A stretch of DNA of 64,000 nucleotides. Origin: Octopus vulgaris (taxonomy: Eukaryota). Both the position numbers and the translations under genes were made by a program. The notes beneath the pieces were generated by a model that worked only from the letters and a program-made list of their open reading frames with translations, ran no database searches and had not been told where the DNA came from. The stretch lies in the NCBI GenBank assembly GCA_951406725.2, contig OX597815.1:114452001-114516000 (forward strand), given 5' to 3'. Positions 13,848 through 25,398 of this stretch are shown here, piece after piece (the stretch's first letter is position 1; every line of letters starts with the position of its first letter).

Positions 13848-14228
13848 CAGCCAGATCCGAGCAGATATTATCACGAGGCACCTTTATCCCTGCCTCGGCA
13901 ATATCTGACCTAAAATTTTCAAATCATCGCACTCGCGCCAAATTTATCGGCAGCAAATATAAGCCGCCGATTCCATTACGGAATTAACCAGAAAATTCAT
14001 AATTAATCAATATAGGGTGGCAAAAAATTTCGTAGAATTTATTTGCCACCAGCGGCCTAGTGGGAAAAAAATTAAATAGTCATAGACCATTTATAAGTTC
14101 AACATCACAATCAAGGAATGGCCATAATAGGCCATTCACCCACTAGAAATAACAGCCAAAGCTTCAACCGCAAAATAACATTAATTCCGCAAACCAGGAG
14201 AAAATTAAAAAAAACATTTACCCTGTAA

Positions 14229-14333
14229 TTTCTTATACGATGCACCGTTTCATCTATTGTTTAATGGTAAACTAACCTGATTAAATTAAATCAAGCCAAT
14301 CTTCCATAGGCCGATAGATTCGTCAGTAAGAAA
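14229..14333 (-). ncRNA. Type I hammerhead ribozyme (second unit)
   Basis: Same sequence as 13743-13847. Confidence 0.85.
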
Positions 14334-14710
14334 CAGCCAGATCCGAGCAGATATTATCACGAGGCACCTTTATCCCTGCCTCGGCAATATCTGACCTAAA
14401 ATTTTCAAATCATCGCACTCGCGCCAAATTTATCGGCAGCAAATATAAGCCGCCGATTCCATTACGGAATTAACCAGAAAATTCATAATTAATCAATATA
14501 GGGTGGCAAAAAATTTCGTAGAATTTATTTGCCACCAGCGGCCTAGTGGGAAAAAAATTAAATAGTCATAGACCATTTATAAGTTCAACATCACAATCAA
14601 GGAATGGCCATAATAGGCTATTCACCCACTAGAAATAACAGCCAAAGCTTCAACCGCAAAATAACATTAATTCCGCAAACCAGGAGAAAATTAAAAAAAC
14701 ATTTATCCTG

Positions 14711-14960
14711 TATCTGCTCGGATCTGGCTGTTTCTTACTGACGAATCTATCGGCCTATGGAAGATTGGCTTGATTTAATTTAATCAGGTTAGTTTACCAT
14801 TAAACAATAAATGAAACGGTGCATCGTATAAGAAATTACAGGGTAAATGTTTTTTTAATTTTCTCCTGGTTTGCGGAATTAATGTTATTTTGCGGTTGAA
14901 GCTTTGGCTGTTATTTCTAGTGGGTGAATGGCCTATTATGGCCATTCCTTGATTGTGATG
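14711..14960 (+). repeat. Inverted partial copy of the 486-bp unit
   Basis: Reverse complement of about 13616-13867. Confidence 0.9.
14731..14835 (+). ncRNA. Type I hammerhead ribozyme (inverted copy)
   Basis: tttctta ctgacga atctat...ataaat gaaa cggtgcatcg ta taagaaa; one stem II mismatch. Confidence 0.75.
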
Positions 14961-15204
14961 TATGTATATATAGATAATAGAAATATTAAAATTACTAAGT
15001 CTCTCTAAAAGAGATCACGGCAGCGTTCCTGGAAAATAATAGTTATCGCAATACTAATATGGCATTCTTATAAAAATAAGAATAAAGCTGTCCGCTTATT
15101 AGCTCCATGAGGCCATCGCCTTAAGTTAGCTATTTGATACACAAACTGTATCCATATAACCTTCGAACAAGGGAGGTCAGTCGCTCCACACTACTTGACC
15201 GACA

Positions 15205-15246
15205 GCTACAGACGCGTTTCGGGGTATTGCCCCTTTTCAATGTAGC
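15205..15246 (-). ncRNA. Minimal type I hammerhead ribozyme, U3:A8 core variant
   Basis: Minus strand: gcuaca UUGAAAA gggg caaua cccc GAAA cgcg UC uguagc; predicted cleavage between 15211 and 15210. Confidence 0.8.
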
Positions 15247-15256
15247 GTAGTCAGAC

Positions 15257-15273
15257 CAGTAGGTGTCGCTTCC
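15257..15273. other. 17-bp target-site duplication (left), cagtaggtgtcgcttcc
   Basis: Identical 17-mer at 20664-20680; present once per uninterrupted repeat unit. Confidence 0.92.
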
Positions 15274-15531
15274 AAAATCTTTATTATGATTATAAAAATC
15301 TTAGTACATTACAATACAAATGTACTAAGATAGTACATTACAATACAAAACATAATTACAAAAAGTTTACTTTGTTCGTTTGATATTTACATATGTTGAT
15401 TATTGATTATGATACTAGACTTTACTGTTCTCCTTTTTTTTTTAAAATTAAAAATGATTTTGGCCAGCTAGGTATATCACAGTCAGGATTCTTACCCGAC
15501 AGCCTAAGAGCCCAGAGACTATTTTCTCCCT

Positions 15532-18500
15532 TCATGATGACCAAGCAGGGTTACTCACACCCACCTTTTTTATCACATCCTTCCATCGATTCACATACTT
15601 TTTCTGTGTCAGGTTCCTCTTCTCTAAATCCATCTTGCTCTTTAGATGGTATCTGAAGTATTTTAACATACCATATCCAGATACAAAGGATCCTGACACC
15701 AAACCTTCCAATCTAGTTCTCCACACACACTCTTTCAGTACTGCCACCGTACAGTGAAAACAAGCCTCACCTTCCTTTGAGAGTCCAGCTGGCGGTATCA
15801 TCTTTATTATAGAACCAGCCGATAGCTGTACTCGTCCCAGATGCGACAACACGTGTTCTACGTAACTTATTAAGCCTGATAGCTCCTGACAATGTACAAA
15901 AGCGTGCTGGACGGTTTCATCGTCCAACCCACATCTTGGACATGTCGGTGGCACTGACATTCCATGCCTATATAACTTATCGCGAACAGGTAGAGCATTC
16001 CTATAGCACTGCCAAGTCAGGGATTTTTGGTAATTGTCCAAATACCCCGGCTTGAAAGTCTTCTTAAACAGGTCGGATAGTTGATCCTCATCGAACCCCA
16101 GAGCCTCTCTTAGGATGTCGTCATTTTTTGCCTCTACCATCCTTCTATAAAATGTCGAGGTGGTATTCCCGCAGCCGGCTTTGCCTATCTTGTGGATCAG
16201 CCAGAGTGCCTGTCGGCACTCTTTCTGCCATAAAGTCAGATTCCGTCTTTTAATGAAACCGGGTTTAAATCTCTCCATAGAGTCCGGTTGCGGGAAGAAA
16301 TTATCTGCCAGCGGACTCCACACCTTATCACCTTCCAGGTGAAACCAGAGATGTCTCAGTCTCAGCGCATGCCTGCGCATCATTAACCAAGGCATCCCCA
16401 GCCCACCCTTTAGTGGTTCCTGGCAACACACGGAGCGCCTTACAAGTGGCTTTCCTCCCTTCCACAAAAAGCGGAAAAGGAGTCGATCCAACTTGCTTAG
16501 CCACAAATCGGGGCAAGGCACGACAGTCAGGCGATAGGTGATTACAGATGCTATAAACACCTGTACCACCTCCGCCCTCCCTTTCAAGGAAAGATGCCTT
16601 CCGGACCACTCCCGAACTATGGCTTCTACCTTGGTCACTACCTCGCTCCAATTTTTCTCCGTCTGGGAGTCTGAACCAAACCAAACTCCAAGCAATTTAA
16701 CAGGACCATCTGTCCAGTGTCCAACAACACTGGACGATATCGGCTTGTTCCTCCAGGTGCCAAGGCGCAAACCAGTGGACTTGTCCTTGTTAACTTTTGC
16801 CCCAGCCACCGCTTCGTATCTTCGGAGAGCACCTTCTACACGAGTTAGTTGTGCTTCGTTGGACACGATGAAGGTGACGTCATCCGCATACGCAGAAACA
16901 GACTTACCGCATCCGATTTCATTAGGATTGCATCTCACCGTCTCCAACTCCCGCAGCAATGGCTCAAGAGCCAAAACGTACAGGAGAGGGGACAAGGGAC
17001 ATCCTTGACGAACTGAACGCTTAATCGAAAACGGTTCCGTTAAGTAACCGTTTATCTGGACTGTGGACTTGATACCGCTGTACATAGCTGATATCCACCC
17101 GCGAAAGTGAGGGCCTAGCCCAGCCGCTTCGAGAACCGTCGCCAGGTACTGATGATCTACCCTATCAAATGCTTTACTTTGGTCTAAATGGACCAATGCC
17201 CCTCCTTTGCCGGCTAATTGCCCAACCCTGTCTATAGTGTAGCGTAGAAGGTGAAGATTATCTTCGATCGACCTGCCTGGGATTGCACATGTCTGTGCCT
17301 TTCCAACAAGTTTTTCCATGACGACCTTCAACCTTTCTGCTAACACCTTGGCCAAAATCTTTAACTCTACATTAAGTAGAGTTATGGGCCTATAATTACT
17401 AATATTATCCCCCTTGCTCGGGTCTTTCTGGATCAGCGTCACAACTCCCCGGCTCACAGAACTGGGAATCCTCCCATTCTGTTGCCAGTTTGCGTAGACG
17501 CTTGCCAGTATGTCCCCGAACAAGTCCGGCATACAACAATAAAACTCATAGGGCAGACCATCCAGTCCCGGCGACTTTTCCCGGGCGCATTCAGCCAAAA
17601 CCCCTCTTACCTCCGCGGGAGTAATCGGTCCTTCACAGCGTTCCGCTCTGCGTGGCGAGAGCCGAGGCCCACCTGCTAGGAAGTTCTGTAAGTCCTCCCC
17701 TCGCTCGAGTGGATCGCCCTCCCCAAACAACCGAGCGAAATGCTGTTGAAAGACCTTCTGTATCTCCTCCTGTCCATAGATTTTGCGTCCCTGTTCGTCA
17801 GTTAAAGACTTAATAGAGGACTTTTTGCCCTTCTGACTCTCCACACGACGTGCCCATCCGGCAACATTAATACCTTTTCGTTTCACTGCACGTAGCTTAG
17901 CTCTGACTCTACACCCTTCATGCTTGGCATTGAGGTGACGGTACAAGATCGTTCTCTCTGCTAACACTCTAGATGCACAGCCAGATCCCATTGCCTCGTC
18001 TAAGTTCTTAACTAAATCGCCCTCTATTCTAGTCCTATCTAAACTTAGCTGGTTGCTAAATCCAATGGACTCCAAACGGATGGCTCTTTTGAGGGCGATC
18101 CACCATCTATTATTAATGATGGTTCCACATAATGCCCTCTGGACTAATTCCATAATCCGGTTACGGAAAGCTTCACAAGCCAAAATAGACTTGTTCATTT
18201 TCCAGTATCCGGGTCCCTGTCTATGGCATTTATCTACATGTACCTCACACGTCACTAATTTGTGATCCGTGTAAGGCACAATACAAAATTGTGGACAGCT
18301 AATGCTATTCCTATCTCGTTCTTTAACAAATACCCTATCTATATACGATCTGCGTGAGCCGTCGTTGTTACTCCACGTCCACTGTGGAATGCTCGGCTCA
18401 TCCATTCGAAACCGATCTACTAGATTAAGGCTCGTCAGTAGACCCTTGAGGCAAGGATTCCCCCTTCTATCAGACGAGCCCACACTATCTATCCGCGCAT

Positions 18501-18930
18501 CGATGATAGTGTTGAAATCCCCTACCAATACTACCGTTTTAGACGTCACTAGAAAGTGCTCCAAGTTCCGATAAAAACCAGTCTGCCTACCCTCATTAGG
18601 AGCATAAACAGCTACCAACCTGAAGGACTGCTTACTCACGTGAGTTACATCGAGGACAACCAGCCTACCTTCTGGGTCCATAAAGACAGTACTTACCTGT
18701 AAGTCCAAGTTCTTCCTGATAAGGACTGCCACGCCTGCACTTCCTCCTCGGCTAGGAGAAATAAATTTCTCGTAACCATTGAGAAGATGCGAGAACGCTT
18801 GGGTTCCTCTCATCTTGGACTCGGTGACAATGGCTACATCTATTCTGTGTGTCCTGAGGTCGTCCAGCAAGCAAGCCTGTTTCCATTTCGACCCCATTCC
18901 ACGCACATTTATACAGCCCAACTTAATCAT
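15532..18930 (-). CDS. ORF2p: APE endonuclease + reverse transcriptase + C-terminal CCHC (1132 aa)
   Basis: EN motifs INVRG, VYAP, GDFN, YIDRVF, TDHK; KSPGLDG, NYRPITLLN, LDQSKAFDRVDH, QGCPLSP, YADD; CPRC...ETVQHAFVHC. Confidence 0.97.
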   Translation of the reverse strand: MIKLGCINVRGMGSKWKQACLLDDLRTHRIDVAIVTESKMRGTQAFSHLLNGYEKFISPSRGGSAGVAVLIRKNLDLQVSTVFMDPEGRLVVLDVTHVSKQSFRLVAVYAPNEGRQTGFYRNLEHFLVTSKTVVLVGDFNTIIDARIDSVGSSDRRGNPCLKGLLTSLNLVDRFRMDEPSIPQWTWSNNDGSRRSYIDRVFVKERDRNSISCPQFCIVPYTDHKLVTCEVHVDKCHRQGPGYWKMNKSILACEAFRNRIMELVQRALCGTIINNRWWIALKRAIRLESIGFSNQLSLDRTRIEGDLVKNLDEAMGSGCASRVLAERTILYRHLNAKHEGCRVRAKLRAVKRKGINVAGWARRVESQKGKKSSIKSLTDEQGRKIYGQEEIQKVFQQHFARLFGEGDPLERGEDLQNFLAGGPRLSPRRAERCEGPITPAEVRGVLAECAREKSPGLDGLPYEFYCCMPDLFGDILASVYANWQQNGRIPSSVSRGVVTLIQKDPSKGDNISNYRPITLLNVELKILAKVLAERLKVVMEKLVGKAQTCAIPGRSIEDNLHLLRYTIDRVGQLAGKGGALVHLDQSKAFDRVDHQYLATVLEAAGLGPHFRGWISAMYSGIKSTVQINGYLTEPFSIKRSVRQGCPLSPLLYVLALEPLLRELETVRCNPNEIGCGKSVSAYADDVTFIVSNEAQLTRVEGALRRYEAVAGAKVNKDKSTGLRLGTWRNKPISSSVVGHWTDGPVKLLGVWFGSDSQTEKNWSEVVTKVEAIVREWSGRHLSLKGRAEVVQVFIASVITYRLTVVPCPDLWLSKLDRLLFRFLWKGGKPLVRRSVCCQEPLKGGLGMPWLMMRRHALRLRHLWFHLEGDKVWSPLADNFFPQPDSMERFKPGFIKRRNLTLWQKECRQALWLIHKIGKAGCGNTTSTFYRRMVEAKNDDILREALGFDEDQLSDLFKKTFKPGYLDNYQKSLTWQCYRNALPVRDKLYRHGMSVPPTCPRCGLDDETVQHAFVHCQELSGLISYVEHVLSHLGRVQLSAGSIIKMIPPAGLSKEGEACFHCTVAVLKECVWRTRLEGLVSGSFVSGYGMLKYFRYHLKSKMDLEKRNLTQKKYVNRWKDVIKKVGVSNPAWSS

Positions 18931-18954
18931 TGATGAATGAAGAAAGTTTGTTAC

Positions 18955-20445
18955 TTAAGGTTGTGAGAGGGAGCATGGCAGCTTTTGTCTGCCTACCTCC
19001 CCCACACTCCCCGTTGTTGCTGGGCATTTAACCGGCGTTGCCACCGGGCTCTGGGATGGAGTGGCTGCCGGGCTAATATTCAATTTTCCAGCTATCACCT
19101 CTTGTGTGACATCTTTAATCAGGTTGTCCCTCACGTGTAGTTGGAAGAGTCTCTCCTTCCATACCTCCTCTCCCACCTTCGCATACCTCCAATCCGGGTT
19201 TTTTTCCGATGATTTGAAACATTTTATGTTTGGTTTCGCCTTTATGTACCAAACTACTCTCTCGTTTGTTGTGTTATAAGCAATGCACCTATCGGTTTTT
19301 TTGAATCCTTTTAAAGTTGGGGGCTGGGGTTTAATGAAATGCTGGCCTACAAAAGTAGTGCCAGCGGGGTGGGATTGGATAATTTTTTTGTGTTGTTCTT
19401 CTGCGTTTGTTTTTCTTTTTGTTTGGGGTGGGGAGTCCGGGGTATTGGATTTCTTCCTTTTGTTGGTTACAGTCGTATATTCCATTACTTCCAGTTCTTT
19501 TCCATTTGATAAATTATTTTCCCCCTCGTTTTCGTTTTCGTTTTGTTTTCCATTCATTTTCTTTTCCTCCTTTTGACTTTCATTTTGCTTTTTCCGGGTA
19601 TTCTCTTTTGTTGTTGCTGTGATGTCTGCTTTGTTCTCCACAGCGGTTTGAATGGGGGCATTAACGGGTTTTTTCTTTTTGCACTCTGAGCGGACGTGAC
19701 CCTTCTGCCCACATTTGAAACATCTGGGCCTACGTCCCTCCACCGATACCCGCATAGTGTGTCCATCCCCCACGAAGACCCTGTCTGGCAAACTCTCCAG
19801 CGTTGCATTGTCAGCTTGAACGATCATTTCAAGCTGCTGATCTTTCCAAAATTTTGCCTCTTTCATCCTCATGTTTAAAATGTTTAATTTCTCTTCTACG
19901 TCGAATACGACCGCTGTTGCTGCCCACATTACATCGTAACCTGTTGGTATATCCTCTATTGTTACCTTAGCTGTTCTGCGCCCTAAGTACGTGGGCAGCA
20001 ACAGGATGTCTGCACTCTTCAACGTTTGAGTTGAAATTTCCTTCGCTATGCTAGCCGACTCGAAATGCGCTTCAATAGTAGCGCTTCTCACTCCTCGGCC
20101 AACATAGCGAACCTTGTTCCAAATTGGTGCCATGCACCGTTCTACCAATTCATTTTTTACATCTGCAATCTTTTTTTCCTTAATATTATATACCTTATAA
20201 ATTACCGTCTTCTCACGGATTGCTTGTAAGGTGTCAGGGGGCGGTATTATTCTCGTTTCTTCTCCATTCTTTTGTATGAACTTTCTGAACTTGAAGAGAT
20301 CCCCCATTGCTACTTCCAGTTCTATAACATTGCCTCCAACGGCTTCCGAAAAACTTTGTTTCTCCTTTATATCCATTTGATTTCCATTTTTTATAACTTC
20401 TCCCATCTCGGGAAAATCAGAATTTGACGTTAAGTCAAGATCCAT
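18955..20445 (-). CDS. ORF1p: gag-like nucleic-acid-binding protein with zinc knuckle (496 aa from first ATG)
   Basis: CFKCGQKGHVRSEC knuckle preceded by an RRM-like region; 24 bp upstream of ORF2; open frame extends to a GTG at 20496, first ATG at 20445. Confidence 0.9.
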   Translation of the reverse strand: MDLDLTSNSDFPEMGEVIKNGNQMDIKEKQSFSEAVGGNVIELEVAMGDLFKFRKFIQKNGEETRIIPPPDTLQAIREKTVIYKVYNIKEKKIADVKNELVERCMAPIWNKVRYVGRGVRSATIEAHFESASIAKEISTQTLKSADILLLPTYLGRRTAKVTIEDIPTGYDVMWAATAVVFDVEEKLNILNMRMKEAKFWKDQQLEMIVQADNATLESLPDRVFVGDGHTMRVSVEGRRPRCFKCGQKGHVRSECKKKKPVNAPIQTAVENKADITATTKENTRKKQNESQKEEKKMNGKQNENENEGENNLSNGKELEVMEYTTVTNKRKKSNTPDSPPQTKRKTNAEEQHKKIIQSHPAGTTFVGQHFIKPQPPTLKGFKKTDRCIAYNTTNERVVWYIKAKPNIKCFKSSEKNPDWRYAKVGEEVWKERLFQLHVRDNLIKDVTQEVIAGKLNISPAATPSQSPVATPVKCPATTGSVGEVGRQKLPCSLSQP

Positions 20446-20663
20446 ATTAAAATGCAAGTGACTTGTCACAAGAGACAAGATAAAGGTTAATTCCACACTG
20501 AGTTAATAGCACATATATAAAAAGAAATTTTCTACCCCGAAGGGCGAAAATTACTTTGTTCCACGAGTTAATACTCCAAAAATTGTACGTGTAAATCCAG
20601 AACAGAACGAACTAACATAACAGCTTACAGCGTAAAATAATCCGACGTAATCCAAGGAAAAAT

Positions 20664-20680
20664 CAGTAGGTGTCGCTTCC
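20664..20680. other. 17-bp target-site duplication (right)
   Basis: Identical to 15257-15273. Confidence 0.92.
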
Positions 20681-20973
20681 GACAATCTCTGTTCGAAGGT
20701 TTTATTTACCTAGTTTCGGTGGAATACATCCACTTGTTTTCAATAATAGAAATATTAAAATTACTAAGTCTCTCTAAAAGAGATCACGGCAGCGTTCCTG
20801 GAAAATAATAGTTATCGCCATACTAATATGGCATTCTTATAAAAATAAGAATAAAGCTGTCCGCTTATTAACTCCATGAGGCCATCGCCTTAAGTTAGCT
20901 ATTTGATACACAAACTGTATCCATATAACCTTCGAACAAGGGAGGTCAGTCGCTCCACACTACTTGACCGACA

Positions 20974-21015
20974 GCTACAGACGCGTTTCGGGGTATTGCC
21001 CCTTTTCAATGTAGC
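20974..21015 (-). ncRNA. Minimal type I hammerhead ribozyme, U3:A8 variant (upstream of the LINE)
   Basis: Identical to 15205-15246. Confidence 0.8.
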
Positions 21016-21046
21016 GTAGTCAGACCAATAGGTGTCGCTTCCGACA

Positions 21047-22038
<992 letters not shown>

Positions 22039-22154
22039 ATATGATGGTCAATCCAGTCGATTTCGACACATGAGTGTTTGAACGAGAGGGTTTAAATAGA
22101 AAAGAGAGAGAGAGAGAAAAGAGAAAACCACTTTGAAAATAAAAGAAGCTGCAT

Positions 22155-23120
22155 CTATTTGCTATGGATGCACGAATATAACTTAAGTCCAGGTATAGAT
22201 TTTGCTATGAAATCACAATGGGGACACTGATTATTTTGATTTTGTCCAAGATTGAGCAAATGTGTTTGTTGATTGCAGGATGTAATTCTTTTACTGTTCT
22301 GTTTCTCCAACTCGAATTGTTTTGATGCGTCATGATACATTTTACGCCATTCTGATCGATCTAGGCAATGACTTTCCCAAGATGTCAAGTTAAGCTGTAG
22401 AGACTTTAGTGATTGCTTCAACTTATTCTTATATCTAAGGAAAGGTCTTTCTTTACCGCGGTATCCCTCTACTTGTTGGCAATTTTCGGAATGCGGTTAT
22501 CTTTCATTCGAACAACATGCCCTCCTCATCTGCACTGAATTCTCAGCATCATGCTTTTAATACCGAAGTTATTAGATGTTTCTAAGATATCTTATCTAGC
22601 CATTTTATGTTGCAGATATTGCGCAGGCAGCACATGTGGAAATTTCCAAGTTTCTTTGTATGTCCGTAGTAAGGAGTTCATATTTCTGCCCCATACAAAA
22701 GTGTGCTCAAAATAAAAAAATTGTGTACACTTATTTTAGTTTTCAGACTGAAACGTGTTCATCCCACAAACGATGGGTAAGTTTTCCAAAAACACTTGTA
22801 GTCTTGGGTATACTAACATTAATTTCGTCGTCAAGAGTATTCTTAAAGTTTACTGTACTTTTAAGATATTTAAATGACCTGACCCATTCGAGTGGTTTAT
22901 TGTCAATAATCACATTTGAATCTTGAGTGTGTTCTGCCCCAAGCCTTGGTCGGAATAAAATTTCAGTCTTCTTGATGTTGATAGTCAGTCCAAATGCACG
23001 GGCCACCGCAACAAACCTGTTGACTGTTTCCTGAATTCCCTCTAATGTATGAGAAATCAAAGTGCAATCATCAGCACACAGAAAATCACTTATAGAATCT
23101 CTTTCTTGGTCTAACAAATA
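22155..23120 (-). pseudogene. 5'-truncated, decayed RTE-clade LINE (RT C-terminus)
   Basis: DFLCADDC...FGLTINIKKTE...FKYL...FGKLTHRLW; SWESHCLDRSEWR; terminal CPHC zinc-finger-like motif. Confidence 0.85.
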
Positions 23121-23545
23121 TTAGATTATTTCTAACAAATATTAGATTATTTCCCAAGGTATGAAAATGCAATTTTCTGTGAAATTGTTTCTTAACTTCT
23201 TAAGTTCATTTCAAGAATCCTTTGCATACATCATACATTAAATCACCACCTACCTCAATTATCTAAATTAATTCTATTAGTCCGTTCGAATTATTTCCCG
23301 TAGCTTACTTTTATGAAGTACTGGAAGTCCTGTGGAAATGGAGATGTGGCGACGTGCGCAAACTTAACCTATTGGAAATGCACAGCACGTTACGACTTTC
23401 GTCTGTCACCTATGTGCCAAGCTAAGCAGATCTGCAACGGAATTGAAAAGTCATGCGAGAGATCATGGTCGGACAGTCAGAAAAGTTACTAACAACAAAG
23501 AAGCACAACACGACGTTAGTTGTCCATGAAGATGCTACAATCAAC

Positions 23546-23592
<47 letters not shown>

Positions 23593-23618
23593 GTGTGTAT
23601 ATATATATATAATGTGTG

Positions 23619-23658
<40 letters not shown>

Positions 23659-23719
23659 TATAATGTGTGTATCTATGTGTGTATCTATGTGTGTATATAT
23701 ATATATATTAAGTGTACAG

Positions 23720-23943
23720 TATTATATCCATAACGGCTGATCTTACCAATAGGTTTCTCGCTAAGAGTACAACGGAGTGTTAGGTAACAATCTGATTATA
23801 TAAGAGGTAGCCGAAATAGAATTTCATTCCATATTGGCTACCTCTGAGGAGCATAGGGTTATATAACCGCATTGCTATCTCACACTCCGTTGTACCCCAA
23901 GCGTGAAACCGATCGGTAACATCAGCTGTGGTGGATATATAAT
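23720..23943. repeat. Long imperfect inverted repeat (fold-back element)
   Basis: gtacaacggagtgt/acactccgttgtac, atatcc...gctgat/atcagc...ggatat, inner agaggtagcc/ggctacctct. Confidence 0.8.
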
Positions 23944-24237
23944 GTTGTTCTCTTTGGATAATATACCCACTCTATTGACAGATATACGAATGCATCTTTT
24001 TCCTGACTTAAGGAATTTTAGACGACTTACGTATAAATATATATAAACATATATATATGTATGTATGTATGTTTGTAAGTGTATATAAGTGTATGTATAC
24101 ATGGATGTATGTATATGTGTGTGTGCGTGCACTTGAGTAAGTATACATATGTGTATGGATGCAAGTATATATGTATGTATATATATGTATGTGTATATGT
24201 ATGTGTATATATGCATGTGTATATATACATGCATATG

Positions 24238-24276
<39 letters not shown>

Positions 24277-24282
<6 letters not shown>

Positions 24283-24372
24283 TCAATATAGGGTGGCAAA
24301 AAAATTTTGTAGAATTTTTTTTGCCACCAGCGGCCTAGTGGGAAAAAAATTAAATAGTCATAGACCATTTAT
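24277..24372 (-). repeat. Short fragment of the 486-bp retrozyme-like unit
   Basis: aatcaatatagggtggc...gccaccagcggcctagtggg...gaccatttat, matching 13520-13609; within (TA)n. Confidence 0.9.
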
Positions 24373-24379
24373 GATTGTG

Positions 24380-24435
<56 letters not shown>

Positions 24436-24459
24436 ATATATATATGTATACATGCATGT

Positions 24460-24507
<48 letters not shown>

Positions 24508-24902
24508 GTATATACGTACGTGTGTATATATATGTATGTATATGTATGCACATATATATACGTGTGTGTGTGAATTGGTATATATATATACGTAAGTATG
24601 TATATGTAAGAACGCGTGTGTGTGTGTACATACATATATAATATTTTCTACTGATCAAAAAAAAAAAGTGGCGAGAATTCCTCGCATGCCATTTACACGC
24701 TGATTTAAAATCTGGCTACTCTCTTCTTTACAGAAAATGGATTGTAATTATTTCTAGAGTTCGTTTAAAATTACAACTGAAGAATAACGACTGTTGGAAT
24801 AATTGTTTCGCTTGATAGAAAATCAAATTCCCAGATTTCAATTCAGACTGATCATAAAAAGTTTTGGCCCCTAACTCACATTTCTACATTTCTACCGTTT
24901 AA

Positions 24903-24982
<80 letters not shown>

Positions 24983-25081
24983 ATCTGTCTGTCAGTCTAT
25001 CTGTGTGTCTGCTTGTCTATCTATCTGTCTGTCTGCCTACCTGTCTGTCTATCTATCTGTCTGTCTGTCTGTCTGTATGTA

Positions 25082-25234
<153 letters not shown>

Positions 25235-25323
25235 GTATTGATTTTATTTATTTCAATATTTCGTTTTTCTGCTAAACTAATATGTATGTTTCTGTGTGTG
25301 TATTTAAATTGAGATACATGTAC

Positions 25324-25398
<75 letters not shown>

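Larger units (their letters stand above)
13520..14712 (-). repeat. Tandem array, 485/486-bp unit x ~2.45, hammerhead-containing (retrozyme / Penelope pLTR-like)
   Basis: atcaatatagggtggc at 13521, 14006 and 14492; near-identical copies; homologous to the 474-bp array. Confidence 0.9.
14974..15273 (-). repeat. 362-bp hammerhead repeat, left partial unit (target of the LINE)
   Basis: Near-identical to 20743-21042. Confidence 0.9.
15274..20663 (-). mobile_element. Full-length L1/Tx1-clade non-LTR retrotransposon (5390 bp)
   Basis: Two intact ORFs, about 218-nt 5' UTR, about 258-nt 3' UTR ending AATAAAGATTTT, 17-bp TSD. Confidence 0.93.

Noticed and set aside
16160-19878. Short ORFs overlapping the LINE ORFs on either strand
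   Set aside because: Shadow frames of ORF1 and ORF2 with no recognisable motifs
14974-21042. Direct repeats flanking the RT element as LTRs
   Set aside because: ORF2 is APE-RT (non-LTR), there is a 17-bp TSD inside the repeat unit, and the repeats belong to a tandem array
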